A stretch of 64,000 nt of DNA, taken from assembly GCF_009914755.1 (NCBI RefSeq), contig NC_060932.1, one strand, 5' to 3'. This document shows positions 17,634-36,035 of this stretch, piece by piece. Source of the stretch: the human T2T-CHM13v2.0 reference genome, Homo sapiens. Made by a program: the position numbers and the translations under genes. The notes beneath the pieces were generated by a model. It was not told where the DNA came from. It searched no databases and was given only the letters and a program-made list of their open reading frames with translations. How positions within the stretch are numbered: the stretch's first letter is position 1; every line of letters begins with the position of its first letter.

Positions 17634-19169
17634 ACCTAGAGACTGACGATGTCACCAAGCATCTTTCTCCCTCTCTCTCCAGACACTCTCCATTTGAAGC
17701 AAAATGGCCACCAGTAGCCCCAGATTAGTGCTTAACCACTTTGGAAATCTAAGTGAAATAATTAAAGGGGGAAAAAACCTCACAGGAACTGTTTTGATTG
17801 GCCCAGCCAATTATTTTCCAACAATTAAAGGGGGAAAAAATTAACGGGAACCAATTTTGATTGGTTCACGAGTGCCCATTCCTGAACCAATCACAATGGC
17901 CAGGGAAATAAGATACTCTGATTGGCTGGGCTTGGATCTTGCGGCTTGCATTAGCTGATGAAATCTAAACAGAAGTAACTTATGTGATTTCCACAAGTTA
18001 CTTCTGTAACTTTTGTTACCTGCCTTTTAAGGGCGGCAGCATGCATCTCCAAGCTCTCTCTTCCCCTTCCACAGTGAAACTTGTGTTGATGTGAAGGTGC
18101 CACATATTCAGCCTAGATCGCTGAGCCAACTCTTGGAGAACAGGCGCCCTGGAAGGTCGTTTGAAATCACAGTGGACTTTTTGTAAGGGAGAAATAAACT
18201 TTTGTTGTATTAAGCTACTAAGATGTTCAGGTTGTTACTGAAGCATAACCTATTCAACCTAATTCAGGGATTCGTGTGATTCTAGGAGTTGCAGAATCCA
18301 TGATGTGATAGAAGTAAGACCAATCAGAGTATTGCATCCCCTGGCCATAAGTAAATTCCCGTCCGAGGTGGTCATATGCCGTAAATAGGTCTAGTCAGAA
18401 TTATTCTCAGGACTTTTGTTGAAAATTCTGGGAAACAGGTATTTTATTTTGCTTTGGATGGTGTGTTATTCAAATGAAATACCTGGATTATACACAACAA
18501 TCTTGTTATCACATGAAAAGCCAGACTGAGGACAAATCCATTACATGGAGAAGGCAGTGCTAACAGTATTGCAGAAACATTGAACTGGAGTCCCAGATCA
18601 TATCATGTCTGAAGCCTCATCTTCAGGCTTTGGGCTACTTATGTGAGCCTATAAACGCCCTTCATGTTTATACAAATTTGTGTTGGATTTTCTCTTGCCT
18701 GTAATCAAAAGCATCCTAACTGATATGAAACTTGATCACAAAGCACCCAGGGAAGAGGAGATTTAGAAACTTTCCAGCTAATGTGCTAAATGTTGACAGA
18801 CGAGACACTTTTCAGAAGTGACCAGTAAAGACCGGCTGTTTTTACATCTCAAAATAGCCTATAAAAGATTCTTATCATTTCTTCACCTGTTGCTGGATAG
18901 GCACAGAGCCCTACGTGTAAGGCTGCTAAGCACAAAATCATAATCTTCCTAGCATTTTTTTTCTGCAAAAGGAGACTTCCTTGTTTCAAAGAGGAGATGG
19001 ATAGAGTTACTGCTATGGAATCTCCACTGGCTTTAGAAATCCTCATGAGATCCATTCCCCAAACAGCCTCAGCCACACCCTTCTCTCATCTTCCTTTATG
19101 TTCCACCTAAAGCAGTGGTGTTTGCTATACACTGTGGTATAAAAAACCCCAACACTTAATGACTTAAAA

Positions 19170-19355
19170 CAGAGGTTGGCAAACCTTTTCTGTAAAGGGC
19201 CAGCTAGTAAATATTTTAGGCTCCGTCTGCTGTTGATCATGAAAGCAGCCATAGACAATATGTAAACAAATGAATACAGCTGTGTTCCAGTAAAACTGTA
19301 TTTACAAAAACAGGCAGTGAGCCAGAATATGCCTGCAGGCAGTATTTGCTGACCA
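19170..19355. mobile_element. MER58A-like DNA transposon
   Basis: CAGAGGTTGGCAAACCTTTTCTGTAAAGGGCCAG...AGTAAATATTTTAGGCT. Confidence 0.75.
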
Positions 19356-19540
19356 TAAGCTTAGCTTAAAACAACATACATTAAAAAAAAAAAATCTCTT
19401 CCAGTTTCTGTGGGTCAGGAATTTGGGAGTGCCTTGCTGGGTGGTTCTGGCTTGAGATCTCTCATGAATTGCAGTCAGAATTACTGAGAGCTCTCCACGT
19501 GATTCTAATATCCATCTGGGCTTAAAAACCCCTCTCTCTT

Positions 19541-19959
<419 letters not shown>

Positions 19960-20413
19960 TCACACCCAGGAAGTTAAGAATGTTGCCTTCTGGAGGAAGT
20001 GAAATCTTAACCAGCCATTTTATGGCAGGTGTAGCCAAAAAAGAGGGAAAACAACATGCTGTGTCCCCCACAGGAACCTGAACGAGGGTCCCAGGCTAAC
20101 CATTGTTTAACTCTTGGTCACTCAGCCCATCTCTCCAGCTTACATCAGGGGTAAGCTGCTTCTCACTGTAAAGGTTTTTGTTCCAAGAACTCACTATCTG
20201 ATAGGTGGATGGCTATTCTTGCAGCACATGGGATCCTGTGATCACTGATATATGCCTTCAGAGAGCAATCCCATGCCTGTCCCGTAGCCTATGGGGTAGC
20301 CTACACTCTTCTATGCTTTTCTGGGAAATATAAGAGGGAAAAAGAGCAGTAGGGGTATGTCATCCATGGCAAATCATGGAATTTGACTGTGCTTAAAAAA
20401 GGTAAACTCTGTA

Positions 20414-20796
<383 letters not shown>

Positions 20797-21044
20797 CTAT
20801 TTACCTCCCTCTCTCAGTTGCAATCTGCTGTTCTGCATGTACCTATGTGATTTTAAAATTTCTTTTCTTAAGCAGGCGTACACGACCCAACTTTGAACAG
20901 CACATGGAAAAGGCTTCAACACAATGTAGTTAATAATGTAACTTTACACCCCCATGTCCTCATCCACGGGACCAGATGGATGGAGAGCCACCGCCTCCTA
21001 AGGTTTGGCCTAATGCTTTAAACAGTGAATGTGTTAGCTTAGTA

Positions 21045-23343
<2,299 letters not shown>

Positions 23344-23474
23344 TACAATGTTTCCCAAACAAAAAAATCATGTGGGAAGCTTGTTACATACCTAGATTCC
23401 TAGGCCCTACCCCAGGCCTATGGGATCAGACTACGTAGGGGAAGGGCCTGGGCATTAGAGAGAGAGAGAGAGTG

Positions 23475-24585
23475 TGTGTGTCTTTCTGTCCCAGGCTTCT
23501 TTATTTAAGACCAAAGTGATGTGTGATGTGAGGATTAAAATCAAGAGCATCATTGAACATGACCTTCCCACCAACTGGTTTCCCCAAAATCCCTGCCTCA
23601 ATCCTTCGTGTTCTCAAATCCTTCTTTAGTAAATGAGGAACTTAATCCCAAAAGCCCTGCTACAAACTCCAGGGTTCTCCTTCCCTGGTTTCTCTCCTTT
23701 CTTGTCTCCATTCCTGGGAAGGGCAGGACCTCTGTCTGACTACATGGGAGAGCCCAGAGGGAACGGCTTCACCGTCAGGAAAGGGACCAGGGAGTACAGG
23801 TAGTGAAGTGAGGGCCCCCATAGCCTGGGATACCAAAATGGGGTTCTGCAGCCAGAGGAACAGACACTGGTCCCCTGAGAAAGGGGGCAACTTCAAAATC
23901 TCCTTGCTGTGAACACTCATGGATTGTTTGTCCTTCTGGCTCTGGTTACAGAACCACATTGGTCCACATCTTTCTCAAGCCCAAGCAGCTCGACCATGGG
24001 GCTAATCTGAGGCAGTGAGGGTTTCGGGCACTGCAGGAACAAGTTCTTCAGGTTGCCTCCCACTCTGTTCTCAATAAGCATTTGCTTTCTATTTTGGTCT
24101 GCAGGAGGGTCTCTGTTTTGCACATCTCCTGAAGGTATTCATTGCCAGCTTCTGCCACTCCTGCAGCAGGGCCCACAGCTAACATGTGTTCTTGAAACTG
24201 TGCTGCGGAGCCTCAGAGCGGCAGAGGTCATTTGGCTGAACACTTTCCCAAAGAGAACCCCCCGGGGACCTCCAAATGGGTCTGGGAATATTCCAGGGTG
24301 ATCCTCCTCTGCTTCAGGAGCTTGGCAAATTGCTCGAGGTCTGTCTGCAGAACTTCGATGTCCTGGGGCCCCTCAGGTTTTGCACCAGTTTCTCCTTGTC
24401 CAGCTTCACAGCCCCAGTGTGGGCAGTGCTGGGCTCCAGGGAGGGCCCCCGGGAGTTGCTCTCTACCTGGGCTCCTGCCCTGCCCTTGGGCTGAGAGGTC
24501 TCCAGGCCACCTCATCCCAACCTGACGTCCACAGCACACCACTCCACTGCAGAACTCCTACAACAGAGGGCACAGGACTTCCTTG
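23475..24585 (-). pseudogene. POU5F1P2: Processed, frameshifted, 5'-truncated POU5F1 (OCT4) pseudogene, probably POU5F1P2
   Basis: Frameshifted fragments [28 protein letters not shown] (POU-specific domain), [37 protein letters not shown] and WFCNQSQK (homeodomain); no introns; OCT4-like 3'UTR ending TTAAATAAAGAAGCCTGGGACA. The P2 symbol comes from recalled map position. Confidence 0.9.
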
Positions 24586-24595
24586 TGGCATCTGA

Positions 24596-25330
<735 letters not shown>

Positions 25331-26377
25331 CAGAGGACTGAGAATCTAATAAAATTGTAGCTCTTTCCTTCTCATATTTCCATCTACCCTTCTCCCCCAA
25401 ACAAAACACACACATTTTGTTCACAATTTCAAGGAGTAACAGACTCCAAAATGTAATCCACACATCTCTAGGGGTTCATAGGTTCCAGGCTGAGACTGCC
25501 CCCTCCCCAGAGGTTCTTTATGTGTCTTCTTAGATTGATTGTATTATATTTGATTCCAGCTAAACGGGACCACATATGGCATATTATCTTTGATTAGTAA
25601 CCATTCGTTTAAAATAATATTGGATGCCTTCCCTAATGGTTATTTCCAATGATTAGAGAAAATCATTAATTTCCACATACTTCATGTTCTAGGAACTGGG
25701 AAGACTGGGAATAATGAGGGATGAAGATGAACAAAACTCATCGGCCTGGCTCAGCCAGCTCACAGGGTAGGAGTGTGATACCCAGAAGAAGCTTCTGATG
25801 GAGCAAACTGGATCCTAGATTTCTGACACTAAGAATCCCAGGTATTGTGACAGGCAGAGGAGAGTAACAGGAGCATTTACTAGCTTTCTGATCTAGCACA
25901 GGGCTCTTCTAAAAATAGCTGGGCCACTGTGGAAGTCAAAGCCACATCAAAACTCTATTAAAGCTCACAAAACTCTCTGGCAGCCAAAGCCCTCCCTGAG
26001 AGGTCAGCAAGAAGTCAAGACATGGTGCCTATGTTTCCTTAGAACATTTTCTAGTGAGTGCCCTCCACGCCTACCATGTTGGGTGCAAAAGTTTGGTCTT
26101 TCCTGTGACACCGAGGTGGGTGAAAGAGCAGGGGAGGATCTTTCCAGCTCACTGCTCTCTCCGGAAAGAATGGGGTGGGCTGAACAACAAGATGACTGAG
26201 GATGGACAGGGCCCTCGGAGTCCAGCAAGGCTACCAGGGCCAGGATGCCCCCGAAGAGAATTGCCACTCTGGTCTTTATGCCAATAGACACCCTGAGTCT
26301 TTGATAATGACTGATTTTTCCAGTAGTTAAAGGAAAAAATATATATGTATATACTGGTAGAAATATATATATATCAG

Positions 26378-26683
<306 letters not shown>

Positions 26684-26959
26684 CTATATATGTGTGAGTA
26701 TATATATATACATCTGCATCAATTTAAGCTCACATCTTTTTCTGTTTCCTGTGAATGGACATTGTAGCCTGTCATCCATGTCTCCAGGAAGTACCTGAAG
26801 TGAGTTCTCATTTGTCTTCATTCTCTTCTCCTCCATAATAATCTGTTTCTCCAAGGCCTGGACATTTAAACCTCAAGCATTACTGTGACGAGATGCTGGT
26901 TTGGGCTGAACATAGAAAGACACTTTCAAAAATGCCCAAGTTATTTCCTTTTTTGCTTT

Positions 26960-27630
26960 TCTTTTTTTGGAATAAAATATACATAATTTTCCATGTTAAT
27001 CATTTTAAGTGTACAATTCAGTGGCATTAAATACATTCGCGTTGTTATGCAACCATAACCACTATCCATTTCCAGATTTTTTTTTAGCTTCCAAACTGAA
27101 ACTCTGTATCTATTAAACAAAAACTTTTCATTCCCCCTCCCCCAGCCCCTGGCAACCACCATTCTACTTTTTGTCTCTATGAATTTGACTATTCTAGTTA
27201 TGTCATATAAGTGGAATCACAGTATTTGCCCTTTTGTGACTGGTTTATTGCACTTAGCATAATGTTTTCATGGTTCATCCATGTTGTAGCATGTGTCAGA
27301 ATTTCCTTTTTTGAAGCTAAATAATATTCCACTGTATGAACTATATATAGTAGACATGAAGTCTCACTTTGTTGCTCAGGCTGGTCTCGAACCCCTGAGC
27401 TCAAGCCATCCTCCCACCTCAGCCTCCCAAAGTGTTGAGATTATAGGTGTGCGCCACCACACTGGCCTCCACTGTATGCAGAGATGGCATTTTGTTTATC
27501 TATTCATCAGACATGGTCAGTTGGGTTGCCTCCACCTTTGGCCATTGTAAATAGTGCCGCTATGAACATGGCTTGTACAAATCACAGTTTGAGTCCCTGT
27601 TTTCAATTCTTTTGGGTAAATGTCCGGAAG
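26960..27630 (-). mobile_element. L1MB-type 3' fragment with inserted Alu monomer (27347-27466)
   Basis: AAGTGTACAATTCAGTGGCATTAA...CAGCCCCTGGCAACCACCATTCTACTTT. Confidence 0.8.
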
Positions 27631-27655
27631 TACATCAGGTTTGCTTTTTCAATTA

Positions 27656-28048
<393 letters not shown>

Positions 28049-28455
28049 TCATTTACCCTGGGTACCTGGCATCTCGCCTGCACCTGGTGCAATCATCAAA
28101 TTCATGATCGAATGAGTGAATGAAACATATTGTAGGGGGGATTTAAAAAGATTTTATCAAGGACACAGTATGTAAACAAGACCCTGAAGAATCTGTAGAT
28201 GTAGGGAGGTTGAAAGGCATAGATGTGGGAGGAAGACATTCTAGGGGAAAGGTATTGCCTAAGCAAAGGTGTGGAGGCAGAAAAACCCAGCGCGTATTCA
28301 GCAAAGGAGGGGTCCGGTTCGTTAGAGCTGTGATTTAGACAATCCCTCTGAGGAATGCTTTGAAGGAGAGTAGCTGGAGGCAGGAAACACGGCAGTGGTA
28401 GAGACCTCTGGTTGTTCTTCATCATATGCTTTCCTCTTCCTCGATTGCATTGAGA

Positions 28456-28512
28456 GATGATGAAGACTATGATGATGGTGATGATGATGATGATGATGAA
28501 GATTATGATGAT
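28456..28512. repeat. (GAT)n microsatellite next to a MIR fragment
   Basis: Directly visible. Confidence 0.9.
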
Positions 28513-29002
28513 TGGGGGCGTTTATTTGATACATCTCTGAGTCAAGCACTGTGCTAAACTCTTTACACAGATTATATCATTTAATCTTCATTAATGAACC
28601 TACAAAGTGGTCGTCATATCACCATTTTACAAGTCAGGAGACTGAGTATTCCAGAAATCAGGAAGCTTGCCTGAAACCATGGGTGGCATTGAAGGGAGCC
28701 CAGGAAGTCCGATGGCAGAGCCCAGAGTCCAGAGCCCAAGGTATAGAATGACTTTCTCCACCCCCCAGGCCTTTCCAAACCAGTGCAATCAACGCCAGAG
28801 CTGTTTTTCCAAGGATACAACAAACCATTTGAAACTTTCTAGAATTTGGAAAGCTTCACTTTTGTTCTTTTTTTCTTTTTCTTCTTTTCAGAAACTGCCC
28901 ATTTTTTAAAAAGTATTAGAAAAACTCTTAAAAATAATTGAAACTGAGATCCTTGGAGACCCTTGCCCCAGGTACAGCAAAAATTTTTATCTAAATGTGA
29001 TC

Positions 29003-29325
<323 letters not shown>

Positions 29326-31534
29326 CTAAAGTTTTTAAAAATCTGATTTTTTTCCTTTAAAATAGCTATTCTAGTTTTAATATGGAATTTAAATACTTGC
29401 TGGGAAAAATAGAGTCCTGATTTCACTGTGCCCTTTAGCAGGCTTCCTAATCCGGATTCTGAGTTAAAATTGTTTGGAGAGTAAGTAGGGTTAATTCCAA
29501 GAGCTCACTGAGTTTGAAAAGAGATATGAGATTCTGGAATGGTGGGAATTACGAAGTTACTTAGACTCACAGTTTGCCAGAAACCAGATGGAAAAATAAG
29601 GTGCAAGACGTCCAGGAAAGATCCCAAAAAGGCACATGCCAGTGCTGGCTGTCGACAATTAGAACATGGGAACTCCAGCTCGAGTGAGCTGTCCCGGCCA
29701 GGCAAAACATTTCACCTTGCTGGGTGCTGAAAACCAGCACATCCAGGAAGGCAGCAGGCTGGTGGCAAAACAGCTGTCCTGGAGGAAAGCGGGCAACCCC
29801 ACCCAGAGAAAGCACTTCTCCCACTCCCAGCAACCCCACTCGTTCACCAGGGGGCACCGTCTCCTCCCTGCTCCAAAGCTGACACCCCAGGTGGTCACCG
29901 TGAAGCATGCAGATTCTCAGAGGCTGCATCTCACCAAGTTCTTCCCCGAAGGGTTTGAGGCCAGGGCAGTGTCTCTCCCAGGCTGAGGGGAAGACCTCCC
30001 ATAACACAGTCATCTGAGATGCTCGTCAATGTGTGGGTTCCTCCTCCTCCTTCCAGACCTGCTGAATCAGAATCTCCACAAGGAGGGCTCAGGAATCAGC
30101 CTTTTAAACACGCTCTCCAGGGATTTCCATACAAACACAAGGGCAAGAACCACTAAACTATAAGCAACAGACCTCTTTCCTCTGGAAAGAAGAATGGCGT
30201 GCTGTCCCCTGTGGCCCGGGTTCTCTGACTGGTAAGTGGTCGGCAATGGCTGAATGAACAGATTAATGGATACCAGAAGCTACTTTGCCATCGTTTGGGA
30301 TGGCGGTGGAGGGTTTCATAGAGGAAGGGGCTCCTGGAGGGCTGTGGCCTGCCTGGGTCAGGGCAAGGCCTGTGGGGCTCTTGCTTGGGGCTGGGTATCT
30401 GTGTCTGCCCCTTTCACCTCCCTTTGCCCTGCACTGTGGCTCAGCCGCATCTGCACAGGCCCAGCTTTGGCCCAAAGCCCAGCAAGGCCACCCCGAAGTC
30501 AGACGCTTTTCTCTCCAACAAACTGCCAGACCAACCAAGCTTGGCCCTCAGGATTGGAATTCGCCACATTAGGAACCAGCCTCAGCCTCGCAGACACCTC
30601 TGCTACCTTTTGCCAGGAGGGTGGTGCTGGGGCCAGCCCCACAACGGGCCATAGGAACTCTTGGCAGTTTCGCCCCAATTAAACCACACAAAGCTGCCAT
30701 CCAGCCTTTTCAGGAGTAACGTTTGCCCTTCCTGAGCTGGCTGTAGTTTGTCAAAGCAAGGACAGCCTGTGGCTACACCCTCACACCCCCTGGCTTCCAG
30801 ACTTGTAGGCCTTTCCTACTTCTCCCACAGTTTTACCTGACCCGCCCCCAGAACATTGACTTCAGAGCCTTCCAAGCTGATGAAGTTATCCAATGTGGCC
30901 CCGCTGCCTCACATTTGCAGAGATCAGTTTACTTTCAACACGCCTTCATTTCTGTTATCTCTATTATCTCATTTTCTTCTCCCAGCCGCCTTGCAGGAAA
31001 GGACAGGGTATTATTACCCCATCTGATGGTACAAAGAAGCAGAGCCAGGGCTCAAGGTCACATGCCTGAGTGGCAGAGCCAAACCCGGGACCAAAGTCTA
31101 AGCTGGCACCTTTGCTCAGACCTTGGACAGACCTGGGGGAAGGCAGCAGGCTACATGGCTTTCAAACTTGATTGTGTTTACCACTCACCCAGGAGTGCGT
31201 TTTTATAAAGCAGGTCCCCAGACACTCACCAGAGCATTCTGTAGATTTAGTGTGCCTGGGAATCTGCGTTTTAATAGGCACCTCTGATTGAAGTGAAGAG
31301 AACATTTTAACTTACTCCTGGAGATCTCACCCCTTTATGTGGTTTGCAAAAATGAGTAATTTTATTGCTGAGAAGTCCTTAGAAAGGAAAATTATACCTG
31401 AATCCCTCAGGCCCTAGACCTCAGCTGCACTGCGGCCCCCTTCAGAGTGATTAACCTGCTGAAAGGAAATAAATATGCCCTAAAACCCTAAGCTCACTGC
31501 CTGGCAGGTTGGTGATTCTCAACAAGCGTCTTCT

Positions 31535-31848
<314 letters not shown>

Positions 31849-32691
31849 AGCATCTTCTTCTTTCATCTTTCTCTTCAATGCCAATAACCTTTGGCTGCAT
31901 ATTCTTATCCTAATTTTGAGTTTTGCCCCATTTTTGCTTTAGCTGTTTTTTAAAAACACTTTTAGTTCTCACAATTTTTTTCCCTGTCTTTTAAGCTCCT
32001 GGAGGCTTGACCTTTTCTTTCTCACACCAAAGTCTCCCTAGTCGAAAAATATCTTGGACCAATTAGTTTACTTCCACCTGCATTCCACTTGGATGGTGCC
32101 ACTGTTCCACAGCCAAACCCTGACGCTAAATCCAGCCCTGTTGCCCACCCCACCAAGGTCATGTAGGCTATTTATATTCACTGTGTCCCCTGCCTTCATG
32201 CTTCCTGAGGTGGAGAAGGTGCAGAATGGTGCCTCCAAGCCTGTCCTGTCCCTCAGACCTATTCCTATGTAAGATACCCCCCAAGTGAGGTTGACAAGAC
32301 AATAGTTATGGAAAATGAAGGAAAATCTAAGTTGGCTCTGACCATGTCACCTAAGCTCTCACAGATCTGGAGAGATGTCTGAGGTTTTAATAAAGTCATC
32401 TGCTATCAATTTCCTCCTTCAAGTGTAGTTCAGATGCGTTCCCAAAGAGCTTGTTATTAAGGCATTTCACTTAATGTTTCTGTTTTGCTCACTTCTAGTC
32501 TCTTAAAAATCTTTGCATACTTGCTTTCTAATTATAAAAATACATGTACATTTAGAAAATCTGGAAATCCTAGAAAAGTATACAATAGAAAACATCACTA
32601 ATGATCCCTCCACCCAGAGTCCTTCTATTAACATTCTGCCATCTATTATAATTCCATTTTTTATATACACAGAATTTTTAAAGACATCTGG

Positions 32692-32966
32692 GGCCAGGCT
32701 TAGTGGCTCATGCCTGTAATTCCAGCACTTTGGGAGGCCGAGGCAGGTGGATCACCTAAGGTTAGGAGTCCAAGACCAGCCTGGCCAAACTGGTGAAACC
32801 CTGTCTCTACTAAAAATACAAAAATTAGCTGGGCATGGTGGCGCACGCCTGTAATCCCAGCTACTCAGGAGGCTGCAGTCCGAGAATTGCTTGAACTCAG
32901 GAAGCGGAGGTTGCAGTGAGCCATTGCCCTCCAGCCTGGGTGACACAGCGAGACTCCATCTGAAAA
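32692..32966 (+). mobile_element. AluS with small internal deletion
   Basis: Alu dimer lacking the GAGATCGCGCC segment. Confidence 0.85.
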
Positions 32967-33903
32967 TATATGTATCTGGGATCATACTATTTTAGAATTC
33001 GATTTTTAAAAATTTAGTATATCATGATTATTTCCTCAGGACATTATGTCTTCTAAAGCATGAATTCTATAGACTCCCATAGTATAGTATCATTTGGATG
33101 TGCCATCTGTGTCATACACTTAGTAATCTTCTGAGGGTTAGATACTGTAGTGGATATTTGTCATTCTTATAGGCAACTTTGTACACTTTGTATCTGAACC
33201 CTTTTCCTATGTTCGGAGACTCCCTCACCCAATGAAACAGAAATGAAGAAAGATGGCAGTAAGACTTCCTGGCTCCCTTGCAGCTAAAATGTGATCACAT
33301 GGCCTAGTATTTACCAATGCGATGACTCTACCCAAATTTGAATGGGAAGATAGTGTGAAGAAGCAAGGTCTAAAGATTTCTAGTCCTGTGAGGATGGGGG
33401 AGGGGTGGCTGCTCCATCAGGTTCCAGAACCCACCATTCAGCTGCTGTAATGATGGTGGAATCAGCTGTAGTGTTTGCTGCTGGGGCAGCAGCAGGGGTA
33501 TATTCATTAGATATGCTGCAGTTTGAACCTGAGTGCTGATTCTGGCCTTCAGGACCAGTTTCCTGGATTTCCTGGAGATTCTGTGAGCTATCTAGTGTCC
33601 TGTAAAAAATTCTCCCTTTCTCTTTTTAACTTAAAATACCCAGACTTAGTTTCTGTTGTTTGTAACAATGAAATATGATTGATAAGAAATACTTGGGTTG
33701 TCTCAGCATTTGTTATTTTAAATAATACTGTGGCCAAGATCCTGAACATAACTCTTCGCACATATCTATTGTATTTACTTAGTATAAATTCCTAGAAGTA
33801 GAATTCCTGAATTGAAATATAAGCATTTTTCAGGCTCTTGATAAACATTGCCAAATTATAGTCCAGAAAATTAGGAGTTTATAGTGTCATATTTTTGCAG
33901 GTT

Positions 33904-34330
33904 TTTGTAGAGGTTATGTGTATAACCTCTACACATAACATCTAGATGTTATATGTATAACCTCTACACATAACGTCTAGATGTTATATGTATAACCTCT
34001 ACAAATATATATATAATTACATATATAATTACATATATAATTATATATATAATTACATATATAATTATATATATAATTACATATATATAATTACATATAT
34101 AATTACATATATATAATTACATATATAATTATATATATAATTACATATATAATTACATATATAATTACATATATATAATTACATATATAATTATATATAT
34201 AATTACATATATAATTACATATATGTAATTATATATATAATTACATATATATAATTACATAATTTTTTATATGTGTAATTACATATATATAATTACATAT
34301 ATATACAAAATTTTATATATATATAATTTT
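33904..34330. repeat. 35-bp palindromic tandem repeat followed by an (ATATATAATTAC)n AT-rich minisatellite
   Basis: Units start at 33922, 33957 and 33992; the AT minisatellite spans ~34005-34330. Confidence 0.95.
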
Positions 34331-35319
34331 CCCAGTTTTCATTCATTCATTCAACAAACACAAACACTTACTATGTTTCAGGAACTGTGCAAGGCCCTTA
34401 AAAATAAGTATGTATTTAATTAAGTGTAGGAGGAAGTTAGAAGGACTATAGCAGAGGAGTTAGGGACTTTTAACTCTCAACAAATAGCACATCTCTTCTC
34501 AGCTAAACTAAATGCGCAATAAGACAAAATAGTACAGCATTTGGGGTCAAAACTATTACCTTTATTACATTGATATTGGAAAATAAATCTGACTTATATT
34601 TGCAGGTAAATGAGCTTCCTAATTTTGAACCCCCAAATCAGGCAGGCTTGCCCACCCTGCTAGAGGAGCAGAACATAACTTGCACTCCTTGTTGGAAACT
34701 AGAACCTAAGGGAGAGCAAAGAGGAAGAAGTTGTGGTCTGTCTCACAAAATCACCAACCTGGCAGGGTCTCACCCCATTCCAAGGGAGTAAGGTCGCAGG
34801 AGAGGTCACCGGGAACTTACAGTCCGTGGAGTTACTGACATCTGGAAGGGAGCATCAGGAATGAGGTATAACAAGTTGGGGAGGGGACTGCCTAGCAGGG
34901 GTGAGGAAAGCTTCCCAATTTCACCCAAAGGACAAGTGGTGGAACCGGCTATGTCAGCACACATCAAGCATGCGGAACCGATCTTCAAGTTCTGTATCTC
35001 ATAGAAAATGTCTGCAGGCAGAGCAGCCAGCGCTTGCCATCAACAAAGGGGAACAGATATCAGATGTTGTCAGTATACATCCAGTTCTGCCTAGGGAAGA
35101 ATCACTCCTCCCCCTGGAAGCCTGAGCTTCCTGGCTGGGACAAGGACCTCCTCCCCTGTAGCAGAGCCAGGCAGCTCTTCCCCAAATTGGCTTCCTCGTC
35201 CTTCTGGGCACAGCTGGGTGACATCTTCCAGTGTCTCCCGGAGTTACGTATGGCCATGTGACTCATTTCTGGCCCATGGAAAGTAGGCACAAGGGCTGTA
35301 CCATCTCCAGATGTGCCCC

Positions 35320-36035
35320 ATGCAGCAGGTTGAATCGTGTTCCCTCCAAAATTCATGTCCACCAGAGCCTCAGAAAGTGAGCTCACTTGGAATAAGGGCC
35401 TTTGCAGGTGTAATTAAGGTAAGGATCTTGAGATGACTTCCTGGATTCGGATGGGCCCTAAAGCCAATGACAGGTGTCCTTAGACAGCAAAGGAGAAGAA
35501 GACACAGAGAGACACAGGGGACAGGGCCTCGCTAAGACCAAGGCAGAGGCAAGAGCCAAGGCATGGCAAGGATGGCCAGCAGCCCCCAGGCGTGGAATGG
35601 GCTCCTCCTTAGAGCCTCCAGAAGGAATCAGCTTGGACTTCTGGCTTTCAGAACTGTGAGCGAGTACATTTTTTTTTTTTTTTTGAGACGGAGTCTCACT
35701 CTGTCACCCAGGCTGGAATGCAGTGGCACGATCTGGGCTCACTGCAAGCTCTGCCTCCTGGGTTCATGCCATTCTCCTGCCTCAGCCTCCCGAGTAGCCT
35801 ACAGGCGCCTGCCACCACGCCCAGCTAATTTTTTCGTATTTTTAGTAGAGACAGGGTTTCACCATGTTAGCCAGGATGATCTGGATCTCCTGACCTCGTG
35901 ATCCGCCCGCCTCGGCCTCCCAAAGTGCTAGGATTACAGGAGTGAGCCACCGCGCCCGGCTGCGAGTACATTATTGTTATTTTAAGCCACCGAAGTGCTG
36001 TAGCGGCAGTTTGGTAAAGCAGCCCTAGCAACTGA
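35320..36035. mobile_element. MLT1-type LTR with AluY insertion (35669-35960, -)
   Basis: TTCCCTCCAAAATTCATGTCCACC...GGCCTTTGCAGGTGTAATTAAGGTAAGGATCTTGAGATG. Confidence 0.8.

Noticed and set aside
23660-24542. OCT4-like ORFs as a functional retrogene
   Set aside because: Homology is split over several frames with indels and the N-terminus is missing; unlike the intact POU5F1B.
28322-28549. Poly-His ORF
   Set aside because: Reverse reading of the (GAT)n microsatellite.
33904-34005. 35-bp palindromic direct repeats resembling CRISPR repeats
   Set aside because: No unique spacers, no cas genes, human context; a simple tandem repeat.
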